Sequence record: OK040907
Direction: 5' to 3' (one strand)
DNA: 64,000 bases
Source: Enterobacteria phage Ac3
The notes under the pieces were generated by a model that was not told where the DNA came from, made no database searches, and saw nothing but the letters and a program-made list of their open reading frames with translations. Below are positions 50,915 through 60,949 of this stretch, in pieces. Within the stretch, counting starts at the first letter, position 1; each line of letters starts with the position of its first letter. Both the position numbers and the translations under genes were made by a program.

Positions 50915-53900
50915 ATGGCTACTTTAAAACAAATACAATTTAAAAGAAGCAAAACCGCAGGAGCACGTCCTGCCGCTTCAGTATTAGCCGAAGGTGAATT
51001 GGCTATAAACTTAAAAGACCGTGTACTTTTTACTAAAGATGACCAAGGAAATATTATTGATCTGGGTTTTGCTAAGGGCGGTAGTATTGACGGGAATGTT
51101 ATTCATATAGGAAACTATAACCAAACTGGTGATTATACTTTAAATGGCGCATTAACTCAGACAGGTAATTTTAATTTAACTGGTATTGCTCGAGTAACTC
51201 GCGATATTATTGCCGCTGGGCAGATTATGACTGAAGGCGGAGAACTTATTACAAAAAGTTCAGGTACAGCGCATGTTCGTTTTTTCGATGGCAATAGTCG
51301 CGAACGCGGAATCATTTATGCCCCGGCTAATGATGGTTTAACTACACAAGTACTTAATATCAGGGTTCAAGACTATGCCGCTGGTAGCGAAACGACTTAT
51401 CGATTTTCAGGCAGTGGCCTATTTACTTCACCTGAAGTATCAGCATGGAAATCTATTTCGTCTCCACAAATTCTGACCGATAAAGTTATTACAAATGGGA
51501 AGAAGACAGGCGATTATGATATCTATTCATTATCAAATAACACTCCAATGGCAGAAGGCGAAACGGCTATTAACCACCTCCGTGTTATGCGAAATGCTGT
51601 AGGAGCAGGTATTTTCCACGAAGTTAATGTTAATGACGGAATAACCTGGTATTCCGGACATGGCTTAGACACTTATCTTTGGTCGTTTAACTGGGCCGGT
51701 GGATTGAAAGCTGGTCATTCTATTGCTGTGGCCTTCCTCACGGTTCTAAAATTATTCAGAAATGGGCACGGCTTCTATTGCTTTAGGAGAGTAGATGATA
51801 CCGGATTTAAATGGCATCAGGATGGATATTATTTCAGCGTTAATAATGGAACAAAAACATTTTTATTTAGTCCTAGTGAAACAACTAGCCTAAGAAAATT
51901 TGTAGCTGGATATTCTACTAACGGAACCGATTTAACGACTCCTCCAACTGAAAACTATGCTCTTGCTACTGTCGTGACATATCACGATAATAACGCGTTT
52001 GGAGATGGTCAGACTCTTTTAGGATATTATCAAGGCGGTAATTATCATCACTATTTCCGCGGTAAAGGTACTACAAACATTAATACTCACGGCGGTTTGT
52101 TAGTTATTACTCCCGGTAATGTAGATGTGGTCGGCGGCATGGTTACCATTGATGGTAAAAATTATGCTTCTAGTGTGCTTTTTAAAGGAAATACTACAGG
52201 ATATAGTTCAGTTGATAATATAGAGCTCAAAGTTTGGGGTGACACTTTTAATACAGTAGGTGGTACTCGTAAAAACGTAATGGAAACATCTGATGCTACT
52301 GGCTGGATGCATTATATTCAACGAACTACAGCAGGTAAAGTTGAGTCCTATTTAAATGGTACCATGAATGTAAATGAAAGCATCAACGTCAGTAAAGAAG
52401 TTAACGCCTCTGGCACTATTGCTAGTAATGCTGTCAATGCGCTTCGCATTTGGAATGCAGATTATGGAGCTATTTTTAGACGTTCAGAAGGAAGTCTTCA
52501 TATTATTCCAACTGCTTATGGTGAAGGCAAAAATGGTGATATCGGTCCACTTCGCCCGTTTAGTATGGCTTTAGATACCGGTAAAGTTACTATTCCAGAT
52601 TTACAATCAAGTTACAATACGTTCGCTGCGAACGGCTATATTAAATTTGTTGGTCATGGAGCGGGTGCCGGCGGTTATGACATTCAATATGCTCAAGCGG
52701 CTCCTATTTTCCAGGAAATTGATGGATGCTGTAAGCAAATATTTATCCCTATTGTTAAACAGAAGTTTTTAAATGGTAAAGCCGTTTGGTCTTTAGGTAC
52801 TGAAATTAATTCTGGTACATTTGTTTTACATCATCTGAAAGAAGATGGACACAAGGTCATACATCAAGATTTAATGCTGACGGTACAGTTAATTTCCCTG
52901 ATAACGTTCAAGTCGGTGGTGGTGAAGCTACTATTGCTCGTAATGGTAATATTTTCTCGGATATTTGGAAACTGTTTACTTCTGCTGGAGACACTACAAA
53001 TATTCGGTGATGCAATAGCTACTCGTGTTGCTAAAGAAGGTGATACGATGACCGGTAGGTTGACTTTATCAGCTGGAAATGATGCACTTGTTTTAACTGC
53101 AGGCGTGGGTGCTTCATCACACATCCGTAGTGATGTAGGTGGTATAGGTAACTGGTATATAGGCAAAGGCGGCGGCGACAATGGTCTAGGTTTTTACAGT
53201 TACATTACACAAGGCGGTGTATACATAACAAATAACGGCGAAATAGCGCTTTCTCCTCAAGGTCAAGGAACATTTAATTTTAATAGGGATCGCCTTTATA
53301 TAAATGCTAGTCAATGGGTTGCACATAAATCTGGCGCTTGGGGTGACCAATGGGGCTTAGAAGCTCCTGTATTTGTGGATTTTGGTAGTGTCGGTAATGA
53401 TAGTTATTATCCTATTATTAAAGGAAAATCTGTTATTACGAATGAAGGATACATATCTGGCGTTGATTTTGGTATGCGTCGCATTACTAATACATGGGCA
53501 CAAGGTATTATTCGTGTAGGTAACCAGGAAAACGGTTCTGACCCACAAGCTATCTATGAATTCCACCACAATGGAGTTATGTATGTTCCTAACATGGTTA
53601 AAACCGGAGCAAGATTATCGGCTGGCGGTGGTGACCCGGTGTGGACTGGACCATGTCTTGTTATTGGTGATAATGTATCCGGATTAGTTCATGGTGGTGA
53701 TGGGCGAATTAACATGGTTGCAAATGGAGCGCATATTGCTTCGTGGTCTTCATCTTATCATTCTCATCCTGGCCTTTGGGATTCAAACGGTGCTTTGTGG
53801 ACGGAAGTTGGCAAAGCAGTTATTTCTCATGGTCATTTAGTTCAGGCGAATGACAACTATTCAACATATGTCCGCGATGTTTATGTCCGCTCTGATATTC

Positions 53901-54226
53901 GTGTTAAAAAGAACCTCGTTAAATTTGAAAATGCTTCTGAGAAGCTTTCTAAAATTAACGGTTACACTTATATGCAGAAACGTGGAACAGATGAAGAAGG
54001 TAATCAGAAATGGGAACCTAACGCAGGTTTGATAGCTCAAGAAGTTCAAGATATTTTACCAGAATTCGTTGAAGGTGACCCGGATGGTGAAGCTTTACTT
54101 CGTTTGAACTATAACGGTGTAATTGGTTTAAATACAGCTGCAATCAATGAGCATACTGCAGAAATTGCAGAACTTAAGTCAGAGATTGAAGAGCTTAAAA
54201 AATTAGTTAAATCATTGTTAAAATAA
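50915..54226 (+). CDS. 37: long tail fibre distal subunit gp37 (T2-type, C-terminal intramolecular-chaperone-like domain)
   Basis: 1103-aa ORF; DTMTGRL repeat; C-terminal SDIRVKKNL…[15 protein letters not shown]…coiled coil resembles autoproteolytic chaperone domains; internal segment 52810..53010 looks frame-shifted (see findings). Confidence 0.88.
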   Translation: MATLKQIQFKRSKTAGARPAASVLAEGELAINLKDRVLFTKDDQGNIIDLGFAKGGSIDGNVIHIGNYNQTGDYTLNGALTQTGNFNLTGIARVTRDIIAAGQIMTEGGELITKSSGTAHVRFFDGNSRERGIIYAPANDGLTTQVLNIRVQDYAAGSETTYRFSGSGLFTSPEVSAWKSISSPQILTDKVITNGKKTGDYDIYSLSNNTPMAEGETAINHLRVMRNAVGAGIFHEVNVNDGITWYSGHGLDTYLWSFNWAGGLKAGHSIAVAFLTVLKLFRNGHGFYCFRRVDDTGFKWHQDGYYFSVNNGTKTFLFSPSETTSLRKFVAGYSTNGTDLTTPPTENYALATVVTYHDNNAFGDGQTLLGYYQGGNYHHYFRGKGTTNINTHGGLLVITPGNVDVVGGMVTIDGKNYASSVLFKGNTTGYSSVDNIELKVWGDTFNTVGGTRKNVMETSDATGWMHYIQRTTAGKVESYLNGTMNVNESINVSKEVNASGTIASNAVNALRIWNADYGAIFRRSEGSLHIIPTAYGEGKNGDIGPLRPFSMALDTGKVTIPDLQSSYNTFAANGYIKFVGHGAGAGGYDIQYAQAAPIFQEIDGCCKQIFIPIVKQKFLNGKAVWSLGTEINSGTFVLHHLKEDGHKVIHQDLMLTVQLISLITFKSVVVKLLLLVMVIFSRIFGNCLLLLETLQIFGDAIATRVAKEGDTMTGRLTLSAGNDALVLTAGVGASSHIRSDVGGIGNWYIGKGGGDNGLGFYSYITQGGVYITNNGEIALSPQGQGTFNFNRDRLYINASQWVAHKSGAWGDQWGLEAPVFVDFGSVGNDSYYPIIKGKSVITNEGYISGVDFGMRRITNTWAQGIIRVGNQENGSDPQAIYEFHHNGVMYVPNMVKTGARLSAGGGDPVWTGPCLVIGDNVSGLVHGGDGRINMVANGAHIASWSSSYHSHPGLWDSNGALWTEVGKAVISHGHLVQANDNYSTYVRDVYVRSDIRVKKNLVKFENASEKLSKINGYTYMQKRGTDEEGNQKWEPNAGLIAQEVQDILPEFVEGDPDGEALLRLNYNGVIGLNTAAINEHTAEIAELKSEIEELKKLVKSLLK

Positions 54227-54231
54227 TAAGA

Positions 54232-54245
54232 GGGGCTTCGGCCCC
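54232..54245 (+). other. stem-loop GGGGC-TTCG-GCCCC between genes 37 and 38
   Basis: perfect 5-bp stem with TTCG loop; no strong T-run, so probably an RNA structure rather than a terminator. Confidence 0.4.
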
Positions 54246-54257
54246 TTGGAGGTTTAT

Positions 54258-55031
54258 ATGGCAGTTGAAGGACCGTGGGTAGGATGGTCTGCGAGGGTAC
54301 AGACTGGAGATCCTTGGATGGGTGGTGCCGCGCAGAGATTGAGAATGGGAATTCCGTTTTGGATGAGTAATATGATAGGTCGATCTGTTGAAATAATTCA
54401 CACGCTTGGAGCAGACCATAACTTCAATGGTCAATGGTTCCGAGATAGATGTTTTGAGGCAGGTAGTACACCTATAGTGTTTAATATCACTGGAGATTTA
54501 GTATCATATTCTAAAGATGTTCCTTTATTCTTCATGTACGGAGATACACCGAATGAATATGTTCAGTTGAATATACACGGCGTAGCGATGTATGGCCGTG
54601 GCGGTAATGGCGGTAGCAATAGTCCTGGTTCAGCTGGAGGTCATTGTATTCAAAACGATATTGGTGGGAGACTAAGAATTAATAATGGCGGAGCTATTGC
54701 AGGCGGTGGCGGCGGTGGCGGTGGCGGTAACAGGGGTCGACTAGTATTTGGTGGTGGCGGTGGTCGCCCATTCGGTAGTGGCGGGTCTTCCCTCTCTCAC
54801 ATGAGTGCTGGTGCAACCGCCGGCACCATTTACGCTCCGGGTGCAGGATCTGTCGGTGAGGGGTCTCTTAGTGCATATACAGGCGGGTCTGGTGGTGAAG
54901 TTGGCTCCGCAGGAGGTAGAAATACTCACGGTACCGGTACAGAATATGACGGCGGAGCTGCTGGTTATGCTGTTATAGGGTCGTCTCCAACGTGGATAAA
55001 TGTTGGAGCAATATATGGTCCAAGAGTATAA
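54258..55031 (+). CDS. 38: receptor-recognising adhesin gp38 (T2-type, glycine-rich motifs)
   Basis: ORF track starts at 54246; ATG at 54258 follows GGAGG; conserved N-terminal half then poly-Gly blocks ([25 protein letters not shown]) typical of T2/K3-type gp38 adhesins. Confidence 0.85.
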   Translation: MAVEGPWVGWSARVQTGDPWMGGAAQRLRMGIPFWMSNMIGRSVEIIHTLGADHNFNGQWFRDRCFEAGSTPIVFNITGDLVSYSKDVPLFFMYGDTPNEYVQLNIHGVAMYGRGGNGGSNSPGSAGGHCIQNDIGGRLRINNGGAIAGGGGGGGGGNRGRLVFGGGGGRPFGSGGSSLSHMSAGATAGTIYAPGAGSVGEGSLSAYTGGSGGEVGSAGGRNTHGTGTEYDGGAAGYAVIGSSPTWINVGAIYGPRV

Positions 55032-55050
55032 ATGGTAATACCTCTCAGCA

Positions 55051-55058
55051 TATAAATA
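55051..55058 (+). promoter_or_regulatory. T4-type late promoter TATAAATA upstream of t
   Basis: exact TATAAATA about 18 nt upstream of the holin start. Confidence 0.65.
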
Positions 55059-55076
55059 TCCTTAAAAGGAGGGTCT

Positions 55077-55733
55077 ATGGCAGCACCTAGAATATCACTT
55101 TCGCCCTCTGATATTCTATTTGGTGTTCTAGATCGCTTGTTCAAAGATAACGCTACCGGGAAAGTTCTTGCTTCCCGGGTAGCTGTCGTAATTCTTTTGT
55201 TTATGATGGCGATTGTTTGGTATAGGGGAGATAGTTTCTTTGAGTACTATAAGCAATCAAAGTATGAAACATACAGTGAAATTATTGAAAAGGAAAGAAA
55301 TGCACGCTTTGAATCTGTCGCCCTGGAACAACTCCAGATAGTTCACATATCATCTGAGGCAGACTTTAGTGCGGTGTATTCTTTCCGCCCTAAAAACTTA
55401 AACTATTTTGTTGATATTATAGCATATGAAGGAAAATTACCTTCAACAATAAGTGAAAAATCACTTGGAGGATATCCTGTTGATAAAACTATGGATGAAT
55501 ATGCAGTTCATTTAAATGGACGTCATTATTATTCCAACTCAAAATTTGCTTTTTTACCAACTAAAAAGCCTACTCCCGAAATAAACTACATGTACAGTTG
55601 TCCATATTTTAATTTGGATAATATCTATGCCGGAACGATAACCATGTACTGGTATAGAAATGATCATATAAGTAATGACCGCCTTGAATCAATATGTGCT
55701 CAGGCGGCCAGAATATTAGGAAGGGCTAAATAA
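55077..55733 (+). CDS. t: holin T
   Basis: 218-aa ORF (T4 T length); single N-terminal TM segment VAVVILLFMMAIVWY; follows gene 38. Confidence 0.9.
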   Translation: MAAPRISLSPSDILFGVLDRLFKDNATGKVLASRVAVVILLFMMAIVWYRGDSFFEYYKQSKYETYSEIIEKERNARFESVALEQLQIVHISSEADFSAVYSFRPKNLNYFVDIIAYEGKLPSTISEKSLGGYPVDKTMDEYAVHLNGRHYYSNSKFAFLPTKKPTPEINYMYSCPYFNLDNIYAGTITMYWYRNDHISNDRLESICAQAARILGRAK

Positions 55734-56006
55734 TTATTTGTTCGTATACATCTCTAGATATCGATATACACCCTCAAAACCCTCGTTGAATTCGTCGATG
55801 AGGGTTTTCTTATCTTCTTGAGTTAATTCAGAAACAATTTTACGGAATGAATTCTGATTTAATTTTCTACCTTCATGCATTACTCCAATCTCATTCAGAA
55901 ATGCAATAAAATTAGCACGATTCTCAACAATATCTTCTCTGGAAAATTTAATCAAAATAGACGCAACAGTAATAATTTCACGAACTGTATCAATATTTTT
56001 ATTCAT
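55734..56006 (-). CDS. asiA: anti-sigma70 factor AsiA
   Basis: 90-aa ORF (T4 AsiA length); N-terminus MNKNIDTVREIITVASILIKFSREDIVENRANFIAFLNEIG. Confidence 0.9.
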   Translation of the reverse strand: MNKNIDTVREIITVASILIKFSREDIVENRANFIAFLNEIGVMHEGRKLNQNSFRKIVSELTQEDKKTLIDEFNEGFEGVYRYLEMYTNK

Positions 56007-56018
56007 TAACTATACCAC

Positions 56019-56171
56019 TCAATTAGTTGACTTTGTTATAATATCATCAGACGCTTGATTTGTAAACTGGTCTGTGTTATTTTCTTCAAAAATTTTTTCT
56101 ACGAATTCCTTGAACGACTCACGTTCCTGAGCTACATTATGCTCGATTACTTTTTCAAGATTATGACTCAT
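56019..56171 (-). CDS. small acidic protein (50 aa), not in the ORF track
   Basis: hand-translated MSHNLEKVIEHNVAQERESFKEFVEKIFEENNTDQFTNQASDDIITKSTN; ATGA start/stop overlap with arn. Confidence 0.45.
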   Translation of the reverse strand: MSHNLEKVIEHNVAQERESFKEFVEKIFEENNTDQFTNQASDDIITKSTN

Positions 56172-56446
56172 TCGAAATAATCTTCAATTTCATAATCATG
56201 GACATAAATCATTATAGTTTTTAATACATCATCAATACTTTTTCCTGGTGCTGGAATTACGTAGAAATATCCTGCTTTTGAGAGGTCTTTATAAGTTCCA
56301 ATCAAGAAATCATTATTCTCAAGATGTAACTCTTCAACTAATTCATTAACAATTGAGTGGTATAAATTTGGTAGAAACTTATATAGCTTTTCTAGAATAT
56401 CAATTTTGATTGTGTATTGAACCACAGACTGAGAATCAATAATCAT
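56168..56446 (-). CDS. arn: Arn anti-restriction protein (inhibitor of McrBC)
   Basis: 92-aa acidic ORF (T4 Arn length) between asiA and motA. Confidence 0.7.
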   Translation of the reverse strand: MIIDSQSVVQYTIKIDILEKLYKFLPNLYHSIVNELVEELHLENNDFLIGTYKDLSKAGYFYVIPAPGKSIDDVLKTIMIYVHDYEIEDYFE

Positions 56447-56529
56447 AGACCTTCCCCTTATGTTTCTGTTTGCGATTAGATTCTTTAAACGCTTTCTTCT
56501 TATCCTTATGAACAGAAGCTTTATTAAAA

Positions 56530-56748
56530 TTATGCTTTGCGACTAAATTGTTCATAGTGCTGAATTACCTCTCTTAAACATTTGCATGTGAATGAAAACT
56601 TTTTAGCTACACCGCATTCAAATATATGTTCTCTTAAATCACATGTATCAGTATATCCCATCTCAACAATAAAATGCCTTATTAGATTTTTATCTTTATC
56701 ATTGAGAGAATTAAAATAATCAGATTTTGAATTAATTTCCCTGGCCAA
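56530..56748 (-). CDS. hypothetical Cys-rich protein (arn.x-like)
   Basis: 72-aa ORF with several Cys. Confidence 0.5.
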   Translation of the reverse strand: MAREINSKSDYFNSLNDKDKNLIRHFIVEMGYTDTCDLREHIFECGVAKKFSFTCKCLREVIQHYEQFSRKA

Positions 56749-57028
56749 ATTGAATCACCTTCAGTTGACGTTTTAATTCTTTTATCATTTCTTCGTTCAT
56801 CGCAATATAAAGATCGCGTAAAGCAGGTTTTAGCATTCCATTTACCGGAGAACTAAATGGGCATACATAATCTTTTCCTACAAGCTTTTTGGTAAATTCC
56901 ATATCACAAAATTTAAATGCTGGCTCATTCGCATAAATTCCCCAATTAGTTGACATCATTTTATTGGCATATTCCAGTGCCTGAATTTGATTCATAATTC
57001 CATCAATTTGAAACTTTTTAATATTCAT
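56732..57028 (-). CDS. hypothetical protein (arn.x-like)
   Basis: 98-aa ORF. Confidence 0.5.
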   Translation of the reverse strand: MNIKKFQIDGIMNQIQALEYANKMMSTNWGIYANEPAFKFCDMEFTKKLVGKDYVCPFSSPVNGMLKPALRDLYIAMNEEMIKELKRQLKVIQFGQGN

Positions 57029-57489
57029 TAGTAAAGGTCCTCAGAGTAAAGTTCTTTTTCACTGCCACCACGTTCAATACGTACTTGTCCAGCGTAAGTT
57101 GCAATAATCATTGCTTCTTCACGTGTCCAATAATTACTGTATTGGTCAATAAACCCTTGGTCATCATCACAAACTTGTTGAGTAACTAATTGAGGTTTAA
57201 CTACATCTAAAACTTCTGCCATATCTTTAGAATAATGACGAGCACCTGGAACAACGAGAGTTCGTCCATCTTTTAATTTAAAACGGTTGGCTGCACAGAC
57301 AATTCGTCGTTGATACTTTTGGTTTTCATCCCAATACGCAGTCTGCCAACATATTTCAGGAACTTCATCTAAAACATTTTGTTCTGTATATTCACCGCCG
57401 TAAGAAGCTAATTTAGCAGCCAGACTTTCCGGAGTCTCACGCAACAAAGCTTTATCTAACAGAGCTAAACGTTCTTTAAAAGTTTTCAT
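57028..57489 (-). CDS. hypothetical protein (arn.x-like)
   Basis: 153-aa ORF. Confidence 0.55.
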   Translation of the reverse strand: MKTFKERLALLDKALLRETPESLAAKLASYGGEYTEQNVLDEVPEICWQTAYWDENQKYQRRIVCAANRFKLKDGRTLVVPGARHYSKDMAEVLDVVKPQLVTQQVCDDDQGFIDQYSNYWTREEAMIIATYAGQVRIERGGSEKELYSEDLY

Positions 57490-57815
57490 TTAAACCATCC
57501 TTTAATACGTTGCCACAAAGTTTTCTGTTGAGCTTTGTTAACACCAATTGAACGAATAACTGGTTGAGATTCCTGGAATTCTTTATAATCAGCAAGGTAA
57601 ATTTCATAAGCCACTTGAACAAAAGTACTGATCGCTGCCATAAAGTTCTTGCGAATTCCCATAGAGGCTTCAGAACCGCCACGGATGATTAAATATTTAC
57701 CAGTCTTAATCTTTACGATACTTCCAAGATAAGCTCCATGGTACCAGATATCCCAACCTTCTTGAGTAGGTTCTGCGCAACGACGAAGTTCATTGATAAT
57801 TTCTAACTTGTTCAT
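57486..57815 (-). CDS. hypothetical protein (motA.1-like)
   Basis: 109-aa ORF adjacent to motA. Confidence 0.5.
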   Translation of the reverse strand: MNKLEIINELRRCAEPTQEGWDIWYHGAYLGSIVKIKTGKYLIIRGGSEASMGIRKNFMAAISTFVQVAYEIYLADYKEFQESQPVIRSIGVNKAQQKTLWQRIKGWFK

Positions 57816-57825
57816 TATTTATTCC

Positions 57826-58461
57826 TCACAGTTCAGATGCTACAGTGATTACTGCTTCAATGTTTTCTTCCGAGCGTTTAATGTCAAGATACACATTACC
57901 GTTTTTAGCAATTTTACATGACATTCCGATATCAGTAAATTTCTGAATATGATGTTCCATCATTTTGTATCCAAAAATTCGCATATTTCCATTATTGTTA
58001 ATTTCAAAATTGCGAATTCCATGAGTACGTTTTTCTAAAATAGCGAGATAGTTACTACGATAAGTTTCAACCTTTTTAAGAACAAATCCATTTTCATCTA
58101 AAAGTTTTAACATGAAGTCTTTATCTTCTTCCATATCAGAAGTAATTTCGCGAGCTTTACGAGTTGCTCGTTTTTTCAGCAGTTCAGGAGCGTTTTCCTG
58201 TGCGTATAAAGTTGCTGCATTTGAAATAATATCCTGAGCTTCACCAGTAATGATTAATCCATCACCTGATTTCTCCACCAGGCCTTTTTTAATCAACACC
58301 CCAATATTACTATTAACTACTGCGTTACCTAAATCTGGATGCACCTCACGAACTTCTGCAGCTGTAATGAAATCTTTCTTAGCAATAGTAATTAAAATCG
58401 CAGCAGTTTTTTCATTCAGAACATCGTTAGAAGCTTTGATGATGTAAGTTACTTTAGACAT
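57826..58461 (-). CDS. motA: middle transcription activator MotA
   Basis: 211-aa ORF (T4 MotA length); N-terminus MSKVTYIIKASNDVLNEKTAAILITIAKKDFITAAEV; early promoter upstream. Confidence 0.9.
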   Translation of the reverse strand: MSKVTYIIKASNDVLNEKTAAILITIAKKDFITAAEVREVHPDLGNAVVNSNIGVLIKKGLVEKSGDGLIITGEAQDIISNAATLYAQENAPELLKKRATRKAREITSDMEEDKDFMLKLLDENGFVLKKVETYRSNYLAILEKRTHGIRNFEINNNGNMRIFGYKMMEHHIQKFTDIGMSCKIAKNGNVYLDIKRSEENIEAVITVASEL

Positions 58462-58502
58462 TTTCTAATCTCCGTAATTCTGTATCAGTAGTTGATAGTT
58501 GT

Positions 58503-58532
58503 ATAATACCACAGTATGCTTTGGTTGTAAAC
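58503..58532 (-). promoter_or_regulatory. T4-type early promoter (GTTTAC, 18-nt spacer, TATTAT) for motA
   Basis: minus strand GTTTACaaccaaagcatactgtggTATTATAcaactatcaact; preceded by an A/T-rich tract and a terminator hairpin. Confidence 0.65.
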
Positions 58533-58558
58533 CGGTTTGTGAAAAAAATTTTTGAAAT

Positions 58559-58585
58559 AAAAAAAGGGAGAGCCGAGGCTCTCCC
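58559..58585 (-). terminator. hairpin GGGAGAGCC-TCGG-CTCTCCC plus T-run
   Basis: perfect 8-bp stem on minus strand followed by TTTTTTT. Confidence 0.65.
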
Positions 58586-58590
58586 TAAAA

Positions 58591-58740
58591 TTACTGCATG
58601 ACAGTTATCACAGTCATGATAACACGTTGAATTCCGAACGCAAGAAGACCTCCTGCTACGGCTGGAACAACACCTAAACCCGTCAGTAAAATGCTACCGG
58701 ATACTAATGCAGCGCTTGTAATACCTATGAATGGACTCAT
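58591..58740 (-). CDS. small hydrophobic membrane protein (49 aa), not in the ORF track
   Basis: hand-translated MSPFIGITSAALVSGSILLTGLGVVPAVAGGLLAFGIQRVIMTVITVMQ; ATGA overlap with the gene 52 stop. Confidence 0.5.
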   Translation of the reverse strand: MSPFIGITSAALVSGSILLTGLGVVPAVAGGLLAFGIQRVIMTVITVMQ

Positions 58741-60065
58741 TTGATTTCCTCTAAATCTTTGGTGTATTCAGTAACTACATCAGTAGTTTTCCAATATTCG
58801 TTTTCTTCTTTTTTAGCTTTAGCTTCTTCAGCAAGTTTCTTTGCTTCATCGGAAGTCATATGAAAAATATTCATTCCAACTAGTTTATCAACATAAGAAG
58901 AATACATATCGATTTTCGAAAGTTCTTCGGTCAGTTCTTTACGAGTTTTACCTTGAACAACAATTTCACCTGAAATTACTTTCTTAATGAAATGTGCCTT
59001 GGCAAAGGCTAAACGAAAAGCTGACTCAGTTTCTTTGATTTTGTTATCAATTCGTTTTTGGACATAAGTTTTACGAACTTCAACAAAGTCTTTAATTAAA
59101 TCGACTACGTTATCGTAAACTTGTAGTTTTCCTTTCTCATTAATAACCGTAATATTCTGAGAACGACGCTCAATCAACCCGAAGTCTTTCATAATTTTTG
59201 CGTGGCGTTCTTCTTCATTATCGCTCAAAGAATATTCTTTACGGAATTTAACTTTGAATCCAAAACCGTGCTCACCGCAAGCATCATCCCATGTAATGAA
59301 GCCTTTATCTTCAAGTGGGTCTAAAATTTTACTCACATAAGTTTCACGATCATACTTATACGGAATCTCAGTGATATGCATTTGAGTTCGTGAAGTAAAC
59401 TTATATGTTCCACGAATTTCATATTGCCCATCAATTTCAACGACTTCACCACGAAATTCTGGGAATTCTACCTTCGGTTTAGTTACTTTCTTTCCTTGAA
59501 GAGCTTGTAATACAGCTTTCTTGACAGAAGAAACACTATGAGGAAGAATGTAAGTTGCATAACCAGTTGCAATACCGGAAACACCATTAAGAAGAACAGT
59601 AGGAATAATAGGCAAATAGAAAGCAGGCGGAATGTGTTCTTTATCTTGATGTACCGGAGCATATTCAGTATCTTTATATACGTTATAGAAATTTTTACTT
59701 ACACGAGCAAAAATATAACGACTTGCTGCTGCTTTTTGGACGGTACGAGAACCAAAGTTTCCTTGACCATCTAACAGAGGAAAGTTATTATTCCAAGTGT
59801 TAGCCATCAAAGCACCTGCGTCTTGTGCAGAGTTTTCGCCATGGTGATATCCAAGGTCCGCTACACCACCTGCAATAGAAGCGAGTTTGTGAAACTTATC
59901 TTTATTTCCTCGTGCCAAATCAAGAGCTCGAGCAATAACAAATCGTTGAACTGGCTTAAATCCATCAATCATATTTGGAATAGCACGATTTTCAACCGTG
60001 TACATAGCATAAGCCAATGCTTCATTATCAATGATACTTTTTAAATCGCGATTATTCAGTTGCAT
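58737..60065 (-). CDS. 52: DNA topoisomerase II medium subunit gp52
   Basis: 442-aa ORF (T4 gp52 length); GyrA-like N-terminal cleavage-religation domain. Confidence 0.92.
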   Translation of the reverse strand: MQLNNRDLKSIIDNEALAYAMYTVENRAIPNMIDGFKPVQRFVIARALDLARGNKDKFHKLASIAGGVADLGYHHGENSAQDAGALMANTWNNNFPLLDGQGNFGSRTVQKAAASRYIFARVSKNFYNVYKDTEYAPVHQDKEHIPPAFYLPIIPTVLLNGVSGIATGYATYILPHSVSSVKKAVLQALQGKKVTKPKVEFPEFRGEVVEIDGQYEIRGTYKFTSRTQMHITEIPYKYDRETYVSKILDPLEDKGFITWDDACGEHGFGFKVKFRKEYSLSDNEEERHAKIMKDFGLIERRSQNITVINEKGKLQVYDNVVDLIKDFVEVRKTYVQKRIDNKIKETESAFRLAFAKAHFIKKVISGEIVVQGKTRKELTEELSKIDMYSSYVDKLVGMNIFHMTSDEAKKLAEEAKAKKEENEYWKTTDVVTEYTKDLEEIK

Positions 60066-60069
60066 AAAT

Positions 60070-60210
60070 TTACCATACTAGTGAATGTAGTGCCATAATA
60101 ACATCAGAAATGAAAAGCACGACTTGAATTAATCCGAACATTATTCCGTAATATAACGCTATCAATAAAATAACAAGGGTTAATGAATAGCCCAAGATTT
60201 TCTTAATCAT
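60070..60210 (-). CDS. small hydrophobic membrane protein (46 aa), not in the ORF track
   Basis: hand-translated MIKKILGYSLTLVILLIALYYGIMFGLIQVVLFISDVIMALHSLVW. Confidence 0.45.
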   Translation of the reverse strand: MIKKILGYSLTLVILLIALYYGIMFGLIQVVLFISDVIMALHSLVW

Positions 60211-60358
60211 TTTTTGAACCGATACAAGCGAATAATGATAAAACTGCTAATGTCCCTTGAGCTGTTGACTGCAAAAATACTGAAGTTTCTCCAGTTATTA
60301 TTGTTCCGGCGAATGAAAAGGACCAACAGAAAAAGGCTATACCATTAACAAATTTCAT
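60203..60358 (-). CDS. small hydrophobic membrane protein (51 aa, Ac-like by position)
   Basis: hand-translated MKFVNGIAFFCWSFSFAGTIITGETSVFLQSTAQGTLAVLSLFACIGSKND; lies between stp and gene 52 where T4 ac maps. Confidence 0.45.
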   Translation of the reverse strand: MKFVNGIAFFCWSFSFAGTIITGETSVFLQSTAQGTLAVLSLFACIGSKND

Positions 60359-60368
60359 ATTTTCCTCA

Positions 60369-60446
60369 TTAGCGTCCGAAGACGCCTTTAGTTTTAAAAT
60401 TATTACGATAGAACTGCATCACATGTTCGTTATGGAAATTACTCAT
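60369..60446 (-). CDS. stp: Stp peptide (anticodon-nuclease activator)
   Basis: hand-translated [25 protein letters not shown] matches my recollection of T4 Stp; start overlaps the ndd stop; not in the ORF track. Confidence 0.65.
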   Translation of the reverse strand: MSNFHNEHVMQFYRNNFKTKGVFGR

Positions 60447-60889
60447 TAATATGCCTGCAAAACGAATTTAAAGTTATCAGCCAACATACGGTTCATTTCT
60501 TCAAGTGTTTGATACTCAGAATGATGATTACGAGTAAACGCTAAAGCTAACTGACCTTTACCAAATCCCGTCGTCAGAGGTTTCATCTTAGAAGCAGGCA
60601 GATAAAATACTGTGTATGCCATATTGTTATTTGCAATAGTACGCGCAAGCTGAGACCGGCGTTGACGAATATGACTTAGAACTGCGCTGAATCCTTGCTT
60701 AGAACGCTGATTACCAACATAAAATCGTGCAGACACACATGAACCATCGAATTCACTTACTAAAAAGTAAAATCCAGGTTTAGATAAAATGTCTTTATGT
60801 GGAGTTCCCAAAAACCACTCACCGCCCTTGATTGTACCAATAACAGTAGCGCCTGCATTATTCAGATCAGTAACAGTCATATATTTCAT
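60446..60889 (-). CDS. ndd: nucleoid disruption protein Ndd
   Basis: ORF track 60446..60937; start moved to MKYMTVTDL (147 aa) after GAGGA; the upstream track codons lie in a hairpin GGCCGTATG/CATACGGCC. Confidence 0.65.
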   Translation of the reverse strand: MKYMTVTDLNNAGATVIGTIKGGEWFLGTPHKDILSKPGFYFLVSEFDGSCVSARFYVGNQRSKQGFSAVLSHIRQRRSQLARTIANNNMAYTVFYLPASKMKPLTTGFGKGQLALAFTRNHHSEYQTLEEMNRMLADNFKFVLQAY

Positions 60890-60949
60890 ATTAATTTCCT
60901 CTAAATTATTTTCTACTCCAAGGCCGTATGTATTCATACGGCCATTAAA

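Noticed and set aside
52864-53181. 105-aa antisense ORF within gene 37
   Set aside because: Antisense to the fibre gene with no start signals; coincides with the suspected frameshift zone but does not explain it.
54700-54800. Poly-glycine coding tract in gene 38 as a tandem DNA repeat or slippage-prone variable locus
   Set aside because: The GGT/GGC runs are in-frame glycine-rich motifs characteristic of T2-type adhesins, not an independent repeat element.
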